From assembly GCA_973895155.1 (NCBI GenBank), contig OZ316891.1:30139112-30203111 (forward strand): 64,000 bases of DNA. The letters are read 5' to 3'. The stretch is from Marsupella aquatica. Its lineage: Eukaryota; Plantae; Marchantiophyta. The notes beneath the pieces are model-generated. The model ran no database searches and was not told the DNA's origin. It saw only the letters and a program-made list of their open reading frames with translations. This document shows positions 1-11,841 of the stretch, in pieces (position 1 is the stretch's first letter; each line of letters begins with the position of its first letter). The translations under genes and the position numbers were made by a program.

Positions 1-514
1 GTAGATCGGGCAAAGCTGATCATTTCGGTAGCTGGTTTGCTATCGAGGGTGTAGTGAGTGCGATGTACCAAGCAAAAGAGCCGTTCTGAGTTTCTGACTG
101 GCTGGAGTCTTCTTTTGACTGAAGCGGGGTTTCTAGTCGTTGCATTCGACTCAAAGGAAGAAACGGGAAGTGCAACGGCTCAACGGAGAGATCGCGGTGC
201 AGTGGTCGTTTTGAGTCCAAGATTGACACTTGACGCGGAGTGAAGGAGTCGTGACGGGAAATTTTTACTCTGCTAGAGTTGCAAACGGTGCCGGTGCAAT
301 TCGGTAACATTTCCCGTCGACAACTAGTCTTTATCTGGTGTAAAGTGATAACGGCAGTGTGAGTAACCCAACAATTTTTATTTTTTATTTTTTGTGCACA
401 TTTTGCCTTAGAATAGGGACTTTTTGGTGGTGTGTATACACACCCTCCCGACCCTTGCACCCCTGTCAATACCCCGTTGGCGACCCCCTCCTCCTCCTCG
501 CTAATACTCCCATC

Positions 515-715
515 GCGGACGTCCCGGCCGTCCCAGACGTCACGGCCGGCGCGAACGTCGCGGCCATCCCGGACGTCGCAACCGGCGCGGACGTCGCAGC
601 CGGCACAGACGTCCCGGCCGTCCGGGACATCACGGCCGGCGCGGACGTCCCGGCCATCCCAGACGTCACGGCCGGCGCAGACTTCGCGGCCGTCCCGGAC
701 GTCCTGGTCGTCGCA
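515..715. repeat. GC/CpG-rich tandem repeat (18-bp unit, 36-bp higher order) in the copia-1 leader
   Basis: Alternating units such as GGACGTCCCGGCCGTCCC and AGACGTCACGGCCGGCGC, about 11 units. It produces the repetitive ORFs 20..784, 359..796 and 432..737. Confidence 0.9.
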
Positions 716-1407
716 GCTCCATCCCTGCCCATTTTGACTCGGTTTTTGACTCCCCGACCCCCTGTGCACTGCCTGGCCCGTCACGCCTTTTTTTAAGACA
801 GTATTTTTGTGTTCTTAAACCCCCTTAGGCCCGGTTTTTTAATCCTTTCCAGGCTCCTTATTGGTTAAGCGGCATCTCGGGCCCGGTGACCCACCAAATT
901 AACCGCTTGGACAGGGGGAACGGCCCCCTGTGAGACCTGTTTCACAGTCCAAGGAATATTCCGAAAAAACAGAGAGCTGTTTTTCGGCCTTTAGTCGAAG
1001 ATTCCAAGGTCCGAACGGTAACTTTTTCGGATCTTTTTTGGCGGGAACGTAGCCACTGAAGCTAGCAACGCGGTGCACCACTCGATTTCCATTTCCGACG
1101 ACGGGTGGTACTTGGATATTTTCTTATTCCCCGAGGTGGTCAAAACGGGAGAGAATTTTTGAGTTTTACCCACCCTGACCGAAATGTGAAAAAGTTTTTC
1201 GTCGGAACTCGGTTTCGATTTCGGATTTCAGCGTTGGCTTGCTAGGTTGGTGGGCTAAGTGGCGGTGACAAGTTTCAAGGTTTTTGGAAAGTTGCAAAAA
1301 ATGACATTTTTTCGTGATTTGGATTTGAGTCAACGCGAAGGAAGGAAGGAAAAAGCATATAGGGAGCAACACAGCAATAGCACGTGGAGAACGTTGGGAG
1401 GACAACG

Positions 1408-2310
1408 ATGGCATCCAAGTTTGGAGGTGTCAAGTTTGAGGTGGAAAAATATGATGGGCGCACAGATTATTTGCTATGGGAGAAGCAAGTTAAGGGAATT
1501 CTTCGTGCTATGGGCCTAGATCATCTGCTATCAACTCGGGAGGAGTCTAGCAGTGAGGAGGAGATCCCATTGAGGAAATGGAGGCAAGAGCAAGTGATTG
1601 CTGTGAATGCGGTTATGCTGTATCTGAAGCCGCATATCATTAAGAAGCTGGACGACTACGAGGATTGCGTATCCTTATTCAAGGCCCTCAGAGAGAAGTA
1701 CTACCGAGAGGATACCTCAGATCGGTTGTACAAGAAGTCTCTCTTGATGAGCTTGAGACTAAAAGAAGGAGGCAAGCTTCGAGATCACTTGGATGAATTC
1801 GACAGCCTAGCTGTAGATTTGTCAAATTTTGGCAAGGGAGTGGAAGATGAAGATAAGGCATTGCTTCTTCTCAGTTCCTTACCCCCATCATATCAAGGTT
1901 TGAAGCAGGTTCTCTTGTATAGAGATCTCAAAACCATTTCATATGATGAGGTGGTAAGCTCTTTGTTGTCAGATGATGCACAGAAGAAACTGGGTCATGC
2001 CCAGACACCATCTTCATCTGGCAGTGCATTGAATGTGAACCGCGGGAGGACTCAACAGCGGATGACTGGTGAAAACAGGTCCTTTTCACAAACGTACCCC
2101 TCACGGAATAGAGGCAAGGAGAAGGCTCAGTCTAAGTCTAGATCCAGGTCTAGAGAGAAATCTCTAGAAAGGAAACCAATTATATGCTGGAAATGTAACA
2201 AGCCTGGCCACATAAAACGAGACTATCGAGTCAAGCAGACTCATCAACCATCAGCGAACGCAGCCACTGATGTTGATATGATTGACTTGCTTGATGATGA
2301 AATCTTGTGA
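1408..2310 (+). CDS. gag: Copia Gag (UBN2-type) with degenerate zinc knuckle
   Basis: ATG at 1408. Motifs VEKYDGRTDYLLW and LLLLSSLPPSY. Knuckle CWKCNKPGHIKRDY (last Cys is Tyr). Ends at TGA 2308-2310, in frame with pol. Confidence 0.92.
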   Translation: MASKFGGVKFEVEKYDGRTDYLLWEKQVKGILRAMGLDHLLSTREESSSEEEIPLRKWRQEQVIAVNAVMLYLKPHIIKKLDDYEDCVSLFKALREKYYREDTSDRLYKKSLLMSLRLKEGGKLRDHLDEFDSLAVDLSNFGKGVEDEDKALLLLSSLPPSYQGLKQVLLYRDLKTISYDEVVSSLLSDDAQKKLGHAQTPSSSGSALNVNRGRTQQRMTGENRSFSQTYPSRNRGKEKAQSKSRSRSREKSLERKPIICWKCNKPGHIKRDYRVKQTHQPSANAATDVDMIDLLDDEIL

Positions 2311-5300
2311 AGTCCAGATGTTGCCCTTTGCATTTCATCCAGTAACAACGGTGATGAATGGATTTTAGACTGTGCTTGTACCTATCATATTTGTTGTATG
2401 AAAGAGTTTTTTAGTTCTTACTCAGTATCAACCGGTTCCGTGTTGATGGGGAATGATCATCCTTGTCAAATTATTGGAATTGGATCCGTGAAAATTCGGA
2501 TGTTTGATGGAGCTGTGCGAACAGTGAGTAATGTCAGACACATACCTGACATGAAAAAGAACTTGATTTCTCTTGGAATGCTGGAAGCAAATGGATGTCG
2601 GTGGAGTTCTGCTGATGGTATTCTTCAAGTGTCAACCGGAGGCAAGGTTGTCATGAAGGGTAAGTGGCACAGGAATCTATACCTGTTGGAGGGCAACGTG
2701 ATTTGTGAAGAAGCCAATGTAACTAGATCTCAATGCGAGATGACTCAGTTGTGGCACTGCAGATTGGGACACATGAGTGAAAAGGGTTTGGCGGTACTTC
2801 GCAGGCAAGGATTTCTTTCTAATTTGGAATCTACTAAGCTAGATTTTTGTGAACACTGTGTGCTTGGGAAGCAGCACAGGAGAACCTTTGGTGTTGGAAC
2901 TCACAATACCAAAGCTATACTTGAGTATGTACATAGTGATGTGTGGGGTCCAGCCCCAACTCCCTCACTTTCTGGAAAATTGTACTATGTCACGTTCATT
3001 GATGATTACTCACGGTATGTGTGGATCACATTTCTACACGCCAAGTCTGAAGTTTTTGGCACTTTTAAGAAGTGGAAAGCCCAAATTGAGAATCAGATTG
3101 GCTCCAAGGTGAGATATCTGCGATCAGATAATGGCGGGGAGTATAGTTCAAGTGAATTTGAACTATATTGTGCAGAGCAAGGGATTACTCGTCATCTCAC
3201 GACAGTTTATACTCCTCAACAGAATGGTGTTTGTGAGCGGCTAAACCGAACACTATTGGAGCGATCAAGGAGTATGTTGAGCCAATCAGGTTTACCACAT
3301 GAATTTTGGGCTGAAGCTATAAATACGGCAGCTTATTTGGTAAATCTTTCTCCTTCAAGTGCAATCAATTTCAAGACGCCGTTTGAAATGAGGTATGGAC
3401 GGCACGCAGACTATCAGGTTTTGAGAGTCTTTGGAAGTGATGCATATGCTCTCACACCTAAGCAGAATCAATCTAAACTAGATTCTACTTCCAAGAAGTG
3501 TCTTTTTCTTGGTTATCAACCAGGTGTGAAAGGTTACAGGCTATGGGATCTAGAAGCTTGTACGTTGCTTGTCAGTAGAGATGTATCCTTTAATGAATCC
3601 AGATCATCAAAGGAGGGGGAGAATGCTCAGGCTTCCCGTACTGACAAAGGTAAATCTCCTATCCTGGACCATGTTGTGGGGGAGATTGGTCATGAGAGTT
3701 TTCATGACATAAATGAAGGAGGTGCTCCGAGAATGGAGCTGGTTCCGGTAATGGAACAAGAGGAGCAGGCTGTTGATGGAATACCTCAAATTCAACCAAC
3801 AGAACAAGATCAACCAGAATCATCAGCTAGAAAATCAAGATGTACTACTCGAGCTCCTACAAGGTATGGACAATGGACAGATTCATCAAGGTTAGATGAT
3901 GTTGACATTGCACCTGATGATGATGACAGAGCACTGATCTTGGAAGAAGGAGAACCTTCTTCTTATCATGAGGCGTGCATTTCAGACGAGAAAGATGAAT
4001 GGAATGCAGCGATGCAGAGGGAGTTGCAATCTTTAAGTTACAATAGAACATGGGAGCTGGTGCAGCTGCCAAGTGATCAACAAGTGGTGGATAGCAAGTG
4101 GATTTACAAGCTGAAGGACAACTCTTCACATGGAGGAGACAAGATATACAAGGCAAGGCTTGTTGCCAAGGGATTCACTCAAGAGAAGGGAGTGGATTAC
4201 AATGAGGTCTTCTCTCCAGTTGCCAAGTATTCCACGATACGAATTTTGTGTCAACTTGTTGTGTTTTTTGATCTGGTGTTAGATCAAATGGATGTTGTTA
4301 CTGCTTTTCTCTATGGCACCTTGGAAGAACAAATTTTCATGAGGCAACCACTGGGCTTTGTGAAGAAGGGCCAAGAGAGTTTAGTTTGCAGGTTACTTAA
4401 GTCCTTGTATGGATTGAAGCAAGCTCCTCGGCAGTGAAACAAGCGGTTCGATGATTTCATGCTTGCACAAGGATTCACTAGGATGGTGTATGACCCTTGT
4501 GTGTATACGAAATCAGTCAAGAATGGTGTGTTTGGTTTGCTCATTCTGGTGCTCTATGTGGATGACATGTTGATTGTGGCTAAGGATCAAACTGAGGTTG
4601 ACAAACTCAAAGCAAAATTGAGTTCTGAATTCCTAATGAAGGATCTTGGGAAAGCCAAGAGGATCTTAGGTATGGAGATTACGAGGAACTTTGAAACTGG
4701 ACAATTGTGGTTGAATCAAGGCAAGTATGCTGAAAAGGTACTTGCAAGATTCAACATGGAAAATTGTAAGCCGGTAAGTATTCCTTTGGCTCCACATTTC
4801 AAGTTATCATCGGCTTTCTGCCCCACGGATCCAGTGGAGAGAGGTTTGATGACTAAGGTTCCATATGAGAAGGCAATGGGCAGTCTAATGTATTTGATGA
4901 CATGTACCAGGCCTGATCTAGCCCTAGCAATGGGCAAAGTGAGTAGATTCATGTCAAATCCAGGGAAGGTACATTGGGAGGCTGTGAAATGGATTCTCAG
5001 GTATCTTAAGGGCACAATAGACTATGGTCTATTGTTTGATAGTAGATCAAACAAAACCAAATCTTTGGTTGGCTATGTAGATTCTGACTACGGAGGCTGT
5101 CTGGAAACAAGGAGGTCAACGACTGGGTATGTGTTTACTCTTGGAAGAGGATGCATAAGTTGGAGATCTACCTTGCAGAAGTGTGTATCTCAGTCTACTA
5201 CAGAAGCAGAATATGTTGCAGCAGCAGAAGCAGCAAAGGAAGCAATTTGGTTGGATAAGCTGGTCACTGAGATGGGATTGGAGCATGGAAAAATGACTCT

Positions 5301-5538
5301 TCATTGTGACAGCCAAAGTGCGCTTCACCTAGCTATTAACCAGGTTATGGATAGCAGGGTGAAACACATTGACATCAGGTACCATTTTATTAGGCAAGCA
5401 GTGTCTGATAAAATATTTGAGCTAGTCAAGATTGATGGAAAGCTCAACCCGGCTGATGCTTTTACCAAAGTGATTCCTTTGGAGAGTTACTCAAGACACC
5501 GTGCTACTTTGCAAGTTTTGCATTTGCAGCACAAGTAG
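2311..5538 (+). pseudogene. pol: Copia Pol (PR-INT-RT-RNase H) with one premature stop at 4435-4437
   Basis: Motifs WILDCAC, LWHCRLGH...CEHC, VHSDVWGP, LRSDNGGEY, QQNGVCER, KARLVAKGF, LYVDDML, GYVDSDY, CDSQSA, KHIDIRYH. Reads PRQ*N where copy 2 has PRQWN. Confidence 0.93.
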
Positions 5539-5742
5539 AGTAACTTAACAATATGTAATTTCTGTATATGGGTTACTCAATCCTGTTATGGCTACGGCTT
5601 AATTCTAGTTAACCCTTAGTTAACCTTAAATGGTTTTTAGGGGGACACCTATGGTTTTAGGTGATTGTCTAGAATTTCCCGTTGAGTATCTCATATGGAT
5701 AGCAGAAATTGCAGTCCCCAAGACTAGAGTCAAGGGGGAGTT

Positions 5743-6074
5743 TGTTAAGGATTGCTCTTAGTCTTGTGACTCATAGGTTACGACACTTAGGCTAACCACA
5801 GTTAGGATCTTAGTTGAGGTTAGATTAGTCGTGTGTGACCTTGTATATACCAGGGCTAGTGTAAGCCGCTGGTGGGTGGTGCTTACTCATTGTAACAGAA
5901 CAACAGGAGGAAGAGAGAGAGCATGTGTGTTCGTCTACTCTTGAAGTAAAGCTTGAGTGTTCATGTGGACGTAGCCTTGGAGAAGAGGTGAACCACGTAG
6001 AGATTGTGTCGACTACGTGTGCATGGAATGAGTCATGGTTGTATGGTCGTTGCGAATGACGTCTTAGTTCAACA
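5743..6074 (+). repeat. 3' LTR of copia copy 1 (332 bp)
   Basis: Starts TGTTAAG just after the PPT and ends TTCAACA. Shares GTGGACGTAGCCT, GGTGAACCACGTA and TGTGTCGACTA with the LTRs of copy 2. Predicted TSD is AGAAT (6075-6079). Confidence 0.85.
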
Positions 6075-6079
6075 AGAAT

Positions 6080-6320
6080 GATGAGAAAAAGATAAGATGT
6101 CAAGGTGAGAAAAGATCTTGAGGAGAGAAAAAGATGATGAAAAGGGGAAAGTTGTCAAGGGTGGGAAGAAAATGTTGTGGTGAGATGAAGATGTCAATGT
6201 GAAAAAAGATGTCAATGCAAGGTAAAAACATTAAGGAGAGATAAATATGAAAAGGCAAGAAAAATTGAGAGAAAAAGATGTCAAGGTGAGGCAAAAACAT
6301 AATTGTAAGCTTTGCGATGT
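6080..6320. repeat. Purine-rich degenerate repeats (AAAAGATGTCAA-type)
   Basis: AAGATGTCAA(G/T)G recurs several times in an A/G-rich tract. Confidence 0.6.
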
Positions 6321-6850
6321 AGTTGTTGAGACATTTTATGTGTGATCCCGACCATACAGATGTTGTGGTCATGTTCAATACCCTGTGCTGCACTTAAGAT
6401 GTTGTGTAAACGATGTCATTGCATAAAAGATGTCCATGTCAAAAAGATATTGTTGCAAAAGTAATAGAGGAGAGCGTGAGCTAAATAGATGATGATAACC
6501 GTGGCACATGCATTTGCACAACGCTAGATTGAAGGTGACATCCCCACTCCTCCTCATGGCCTCCTTGCCCCCTTACTCTTGGGCTGCCTCGGCCCCGCTC
6601 CCCCCCTCCTCCTCTTCCACAACCCAATAAAAAGCAAGGCTGTCCCTTTTCTCTCTTTTTTTCCCTCTTATTCCTTACTTATTTTCTTTAGTGTATTTTC
6701 ATCTCCACTTGCTCCACTTTGTCTCATCCCTTCCACCTAAGTACTTATGGGATGGTAACACAATATATATTTAGCCCCTCACCCATGGGTACATCAATTG
6801 ATTTCTCCAGGACTTTGAACTCTATGGCTTCTAGTCTTGTCCCCTCATAA

Positions 6851-8150
6851 CGGTCACCGTATGAGCGAGTTACATCAGATTTAATTTTCGCCATTTTTTC
6901 ACTTTTTCTGTGCGTTCGGCGATTTCGCGATTCAATTTGGGTCGTAACTTTCTCCGCGAGTTTCGGATTTGGGAGTTCTTGACTGCTTTGGAAAGATCTT
7001 GGCGAGGCGGTGAAGATCGATACGACTTGCACCCCAAACGGTCACCGTATGAGCGCATTACGTCGGATTTAAGTTTCGCCGTTTTTTCACTTTTTCTGCG
7101 CGTTTGGCGATTTGGGCGATTTCGCGACTCAATTTGGGTCGTAACTTTCTCCGGGAGTTTCGGATTTTGGAGTTCTTGACGGCTTTGGAAAGATCTTGGC
7201 GAGGCGGTGAAGATCGATACGACTTGCGTCTCAAACAGTCACCGTATGAGCGAGTTACATCGGATTTAAGTTTCGCCATTTTTTCACTTTTTCTACGCGT
7301 TTGGCGATTTGGGCGATTTCGCGACTCAATTTGGGTCGTAACTTTCTCCAGGAGATTCGGATCTGGGAGTTCTTGACGGCTTTGGAAAGATCTTGGCGAG
7401 GCGGTGAAGATTGATACGACTTGCGCCCCAAACGGTCACCCTATGAACGAGTTACATCGGATTTAGGTTTTGCTGTTTTTTCACTTTTTCTGCGCGTTTG
7501 ACCATTTTGGCGATTTCGCGACTCCATTTGGGTCGTAACTTTCTCCAGGAGTTTCAGATCTGGGTGTTCTTGACGGCTTTGGAAAGATCTTGGCGAGGCG
7601 GTGAAGATCGATACGACTTGCGTCTCAAACGGTCACCGTATGAGCGAGTTACATCGGATTTAAGTTTCGCCATTTTTTCATTTTTTCTGCGCGTTTGGCG
7701 ATTTGGGCGATTTCGCGATTCAATTTGGGTCGTAACTTTCTCCAGGAGATTCGGATCTGGGAGTTCTTGACGGCTTTGGAAAGATCTTGGCGAGGCGGTG
7801 AAGATTGATACGACTTGCGCCCCAAACGGTCACCCTATGAACGAGTTACATGGGATTTAGGTTTTGCCGTTTTTTCACTTTTTCTGCGCGTTTGACCATT
7901 TTGGCGATTTCGCGACTCCATTTGGGTCGTAACTTTCTCCAGGAGTTTTGGATTTGGGTGTTCTTGACGGCTTTGGAAAGATCTTGGCGAGGCGGTGAAG
8001 ATCAATATGAATTGCGCCCCAAACGATCACCAATTGAGCGAGTTTCATCAGATTTAGGTTTCGCCATTTTTTCACATTGGCTGCGCGTTTGACGATCTTG
8101 GCGTTTTCATGACTCGATTTGGGTCAACGTATGAGCCAGTCACATCGGCT
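6851..8150. repeat. 197-bp tandem repeat, about 6.5 copies
   Basis: GAAAGATCTTGGCGAGG starts at 6991, 7188, 7385, 7582, 7779 and 7976, an exact period of 197. Confidence 0.97.
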
Positions 8151-8527
8151 TTAGGCCATCGCTTCTCCTCCAATTGGTTGTCGCCTTTGGGAGCTGTTGC
8201 CGCACGCTCAATCTAGAGGGCGGATCTTCACTCGCGTCGACTCCCCAACGGACAGATCGACGGGCGTTTTAGCTTTGTTCCTTACTATTCCTGCACCTGT
8301 TCAACGGTTTCCTAGGCTAGCGGTGGCGCCGTTTCTCGACCTGATGCGGTGGGCTCTCTCCATCGCCTCCCCTTTCTTTTCACATGCCTCGGTTGGGCCT
8401 TTTGTCGCTTCTTGATGCGTTTTTGCTTTTATCGGGTTGCGGCCTATCATGTCTACGTTGAGAGTGTTGGCGCAGGGCAAGCGCCCAGCCCCACCCTACA
8501 CTTCTCCCCCGTCCTCCCCTCCCCCTC

Positions 8528-11500
8528 GTGGCCGTCTTCATGTTTGTTCTTCTTCACTGGATCTCTCTCATCTTCGTGATGATCCCATGCCCGATGCTCT
8601 GCCAGTCCCCCCCCCCCGTCTACTGCCCACCCCATCGTCGCCCTGGCTCCTCTCCCCACCCCATTCCCCCTCCACCCATTCATCATCCTCCTCCGGCCTC
8701 CTCGTCCACATCTGTTCCACCCCCACCTCCTGTCCAGTCTTTCCCTGCTCCCTCCCCGGACGAGCGTCCCCTGCATACTTGTCCTGACTGTGGATGGGTT
8801 GGCATCTCCCTCCCTCATCATCGCGGGCGGGGCCGGTGCCATCGTCGCCAGCAAGCACAATCCCAGCCTCAGCCCCCTATTGACCCGGTTAGCTCTGCCC
8901 CTCCCTCCTTGGAGGCTCCCGAGCAGGCATGGAGTTGGGTTTGCACTCTAGACCCCCTTCCAGCCTACCATCCAGGGTACATTAGACCTCGCCTTTATAA
9001 CCACATTCCTCTGGCGCTGCGCCCTTTAGTTCGGTCCTCCTTGTTGCAACTCATGCAGCTTATCTTGGCGCATCCTATGGAGATCTCCTACTGGTCTTTA
9101 CTGATGCTTTTTCCACAGTGGACTCTTACCCTCCCTAGTCATGGTGGTCGTGTGGGTCACCGTGAGACTGCCTCTCGTATCCATCGTTTTTTGCGGGGAG
9201 ACTGGGAGCAGCTTCAGGAAGAGTATTTTCTTCGCGCCCGGTCTTTTACCGCCCGTGCTTTGTCTGACTCAGCTTGCCACTCTCATCCCCCTGAGCATTG
9301 ACGTCTTCGTCGCTCTTGTCGTTTAGCCCAGGCTGGTGAATATTGTCGGGCTGTCCAGGCCCTTTCTCCCACCACACCAGCCCCCCCTGGCGAGGTCACC
9401 TCGTTGGCCCTTCAGGATCTCCATCCGCAGCCCCATGATCAGCTCCCTTTGTTTGTCGAGGATTTTGAGCCTGAGGAGGATCTTCAGTTTAGTAGGGACC
9501 ACTTCACCTATGCCTTCCTCCATGCCCCGCGTTGTTCTGTTGGTGGCCCCTCCGGCTATGTCGTTGAGCATTTTCGTGATTTATTCCCCCCTGAGGATCC
9601 TCAATTTGGTTTTCCAGTTTTCTTCTCCTTTTGCCAGTGTATTGCAGCCGGTCGTTTGCCTCCTCCCGTCTCTCGGCTCTTGAGTGCTTCTCGTTTATTG
9701 GCCATGGCTAAGTCTTCACCGGGTGTTCGGCCAATTGCTATTGGGGAGGTTTTTCTTCGTCTTGTGTCTCGCACACTTTCCTCACAGTTTCGCTCTGCAC
9801 TATCGGATCATCTCTCTCCACATCAGTTTGCAGTTGGCGTTCCTGGCGGTTGTGAGACGGTTATTGCGGGTATTCGAGCTACATTGGACCTCCACCCTGA
9901 TTGGGTTGTCCTCCAGGTTGATGTCTCTAACGCTTTTAATACGGTTTCTCGGGCAGCCATTTTTCGTGCTTTGAGGGCGGCGGATCCAGACATCCAGTCC
10001 CTGATCCCCTTTGTCCATTGTTTTTATGGACTCGAGGCCCCACCCCTCTATAGTCATCACTCCTCTACAGGTGTGTATACCACTCTTTCCTCTGCAGAAG
10101 GTACACGTCAGGGTGACCCTTTGGGTGGGCCTCTTTTTGCCATTGCCCATTTTACAGCTTTACGGGAAGCTGCCATGGCCCACCCCAGTGTATCTTCCCC
10201 TCCCTTTCAGATGACACCCACATCATTGGTCCTCCTGCCGCGGTTACTTCTGCCCTCGCCACTCTTTCCACCCATTTGATGGGCCTCGGTTTACGAGTTA
10301 TGAAGAGTCGTGCATGGAGTCCAGCTGGGTTACCCTCTGATCTTGTGCTTCCCCCAGGGTTCTTACGTCCAGCCGATGGTCTTCGGGTCCTTGGCTCCCC
10401 AGTCGGTACCGCCTCCTTTTGCTCATCTTTCATCGCTGACTCTATACAGGCTGCCTTAGCCCATACTCCTATGCTCCCTAAGTTAGCAGATTCTCAGGCA
10501 GCATTTGGGATGTTGTTGAGGTGCATCCATCCTCGTGCGTCTTATCTGGCTAGGACGCATCCCCCTACCGAGGATCTTTGTCTCCACCTTCGAGCATTTG
10601 ATGTCTCCATTCGTCAGACCCTGGCCTCTCTTTTAGGTCCGGGTACGTTGCTCTCATCTCTGTGGCTTCATCGACAACTCAGTCTTCCTATTTCGCAGGG
10701 TGGTTTTGGGCTTACTTCCATTGAGAGCCTTGCACCTTTGGCCTTTTTGGGTGCGTGGGCGGCCGCCTTCTCGTTGTTGGCCGATCGTTTTCTTATTGAG
10801 GATCGCCCTTTTTTACTTTCATCTCTCATGGAGGTAGAGGAGGGTTCCCTCCCGTTTCAGGTTCATTTGCGCGCAGCGCGGTCCTCATTACCAGATCCCG
10901 TTCGCGCCGCGTTACCTTCTTTCCAGGAGTTTTTATCCTTGGATCCCGTTCGTCTTCAGGCAGACCTCGCTGGGCGTATGCACACTTTCACCCTTTCCAG
11001 CATCCTCTCTGAGGCACCTGACACGGACCGAGCTCGGATTCTTTCTTCCGGAGGGAAGGGCGCAGGTGGATGGCTTCAGGCCAATCCAGTCATTCCTCAT
11101 TTGCGGATGTCTTCAACGGAGTTCTCCACAGCCATGCGTCTTCGTCTGGGGCTGCCCCACCCACTTCTTGCAGGTTTACCTCCTTCTTGCACTTGTGGGA
11201 AGCCTTGTGATGCCACAGGTGTCCATCTTCTTCGGTGCAGTTTGGGAGGTGAAACCATTATTGTTCACGACGCTGTGCGAGATGCGACTGCTCAGGTTCT
11301 CTCTGGCTCTTTGGTATGCGTGCGGCGGGAGGTGGTACTCGAGTTACCTGGTCCTCCATCACAGTGGTTACGGGTGGATCTTACCATGGTCCGTGAGGGT
11401 CAACGTACTTTGGCAGATGTTGTGGTGGCAAACCCATTGCGCCAAGACATCATTGGGACAGCGGCAACTACGGCAGGGGCAGCAGCATCACGTGCAGCAA

Positions 11501-11841
11501 CAACGAAGGAGGCCAAATATGCTGCACGAGCTTCATCCGACAGCTTCCTCCCCCTTGCTGTGGAGCTATTTGGGCGTCTTCATCCTCAGTTTGATGGGCT
11601 TCTTCGGCAAGCTGCCCGGGATGTTCATGGCCGAATGGGTCCCACCGGACCCCCGCTTTCTATTTTGACCACGCACTTTTGCCAACGCATTTCAGTCACC
11701 TTACAGCGTGCTCAAGCTTGGGCCATCTATCGTCGATCTCTTACAGTGGGTGCTAGTGTGCCTCCGCAGCGGCTAGCTCCCCTTGAGGATGTTCCAATCC
11801 CACTTGCCGATCTAGTTTTGACTCTTGATGTGGACCATTAG
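8528..11841 (+). pseudogene. Non-LTR retrotransposon ORF (Zn finger - RT - CCHC - RLE), disrupted; true start uncertain
   Basis: N-terminal CPDC...H...C finger. In-frame TGA at 9299-9301 (likely CGA>TGA) precedes RLRRSCRLAQAGEY. RT motifs RPIAIGE, QFAVG, DVSNAFN, GTRQGDPLG. A 1-nt frameshift at ~10190 precedes FPSLSDDTH. C-terminus CTCG...HLLRC, HDAVRD, RVDL, ADVVV, KEAKY, FLPLAVELFG (PD-(D/E)xK RLE). Confidence 0.9.

Larger units (their letters stand above)
1..6074 (+). mobile_element. Ty1/copia LTR retrotransposon copy 1 (5' LTR/PBS lie left of the window; decayed)
   Basis: Domain order is gag-PR-INT-RT-RNaseH. PPT AAGGGGGAG at ~5732-5740 is followed by a TG...CA LTR at 5743-6074. The long leader shares motif blocks with copy 2 (CAACGGAGAGAT, CGAACGGTAACTTTT, GAGGTGGTCAAAACGGG). 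Lesions: TGG>TGA at 4435 and Cys>Tyr in the zinc knuckle. Confidence 0.95.

Noticed and set aside
20-796. ORFs 20..784(-), 359..796(+), 432..737(+) and 466..732(-) as proteins
   Set aside because: They are by-products of a stop-free 18-bp GC repeat in the retrotransposon leader and show no domain signal.
4435-4437. Second in-frame TGA in copia-1 pol as programmed recoding
   Set aside because: Copy 2 has TGG (conserved Trp of PRQW) at this position, so it is an ordinary G>A decay mutation.
6851-8150. Centromeric satellite, or coding ORFs within the 197-bp array
   Set aside because: Only about 6.5 copies, enclosed within the LINE's candidate TSD. The unit length is not a multiple of 3, and the ORFs are short and shift frame.
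10180-10215. Programmed frameshift in the LINE RT
   Set aside because: It falls inside the RT core, lacks a slippery heptamer, and the element also has a nonsense mutation at 9299, so decay is simpler.
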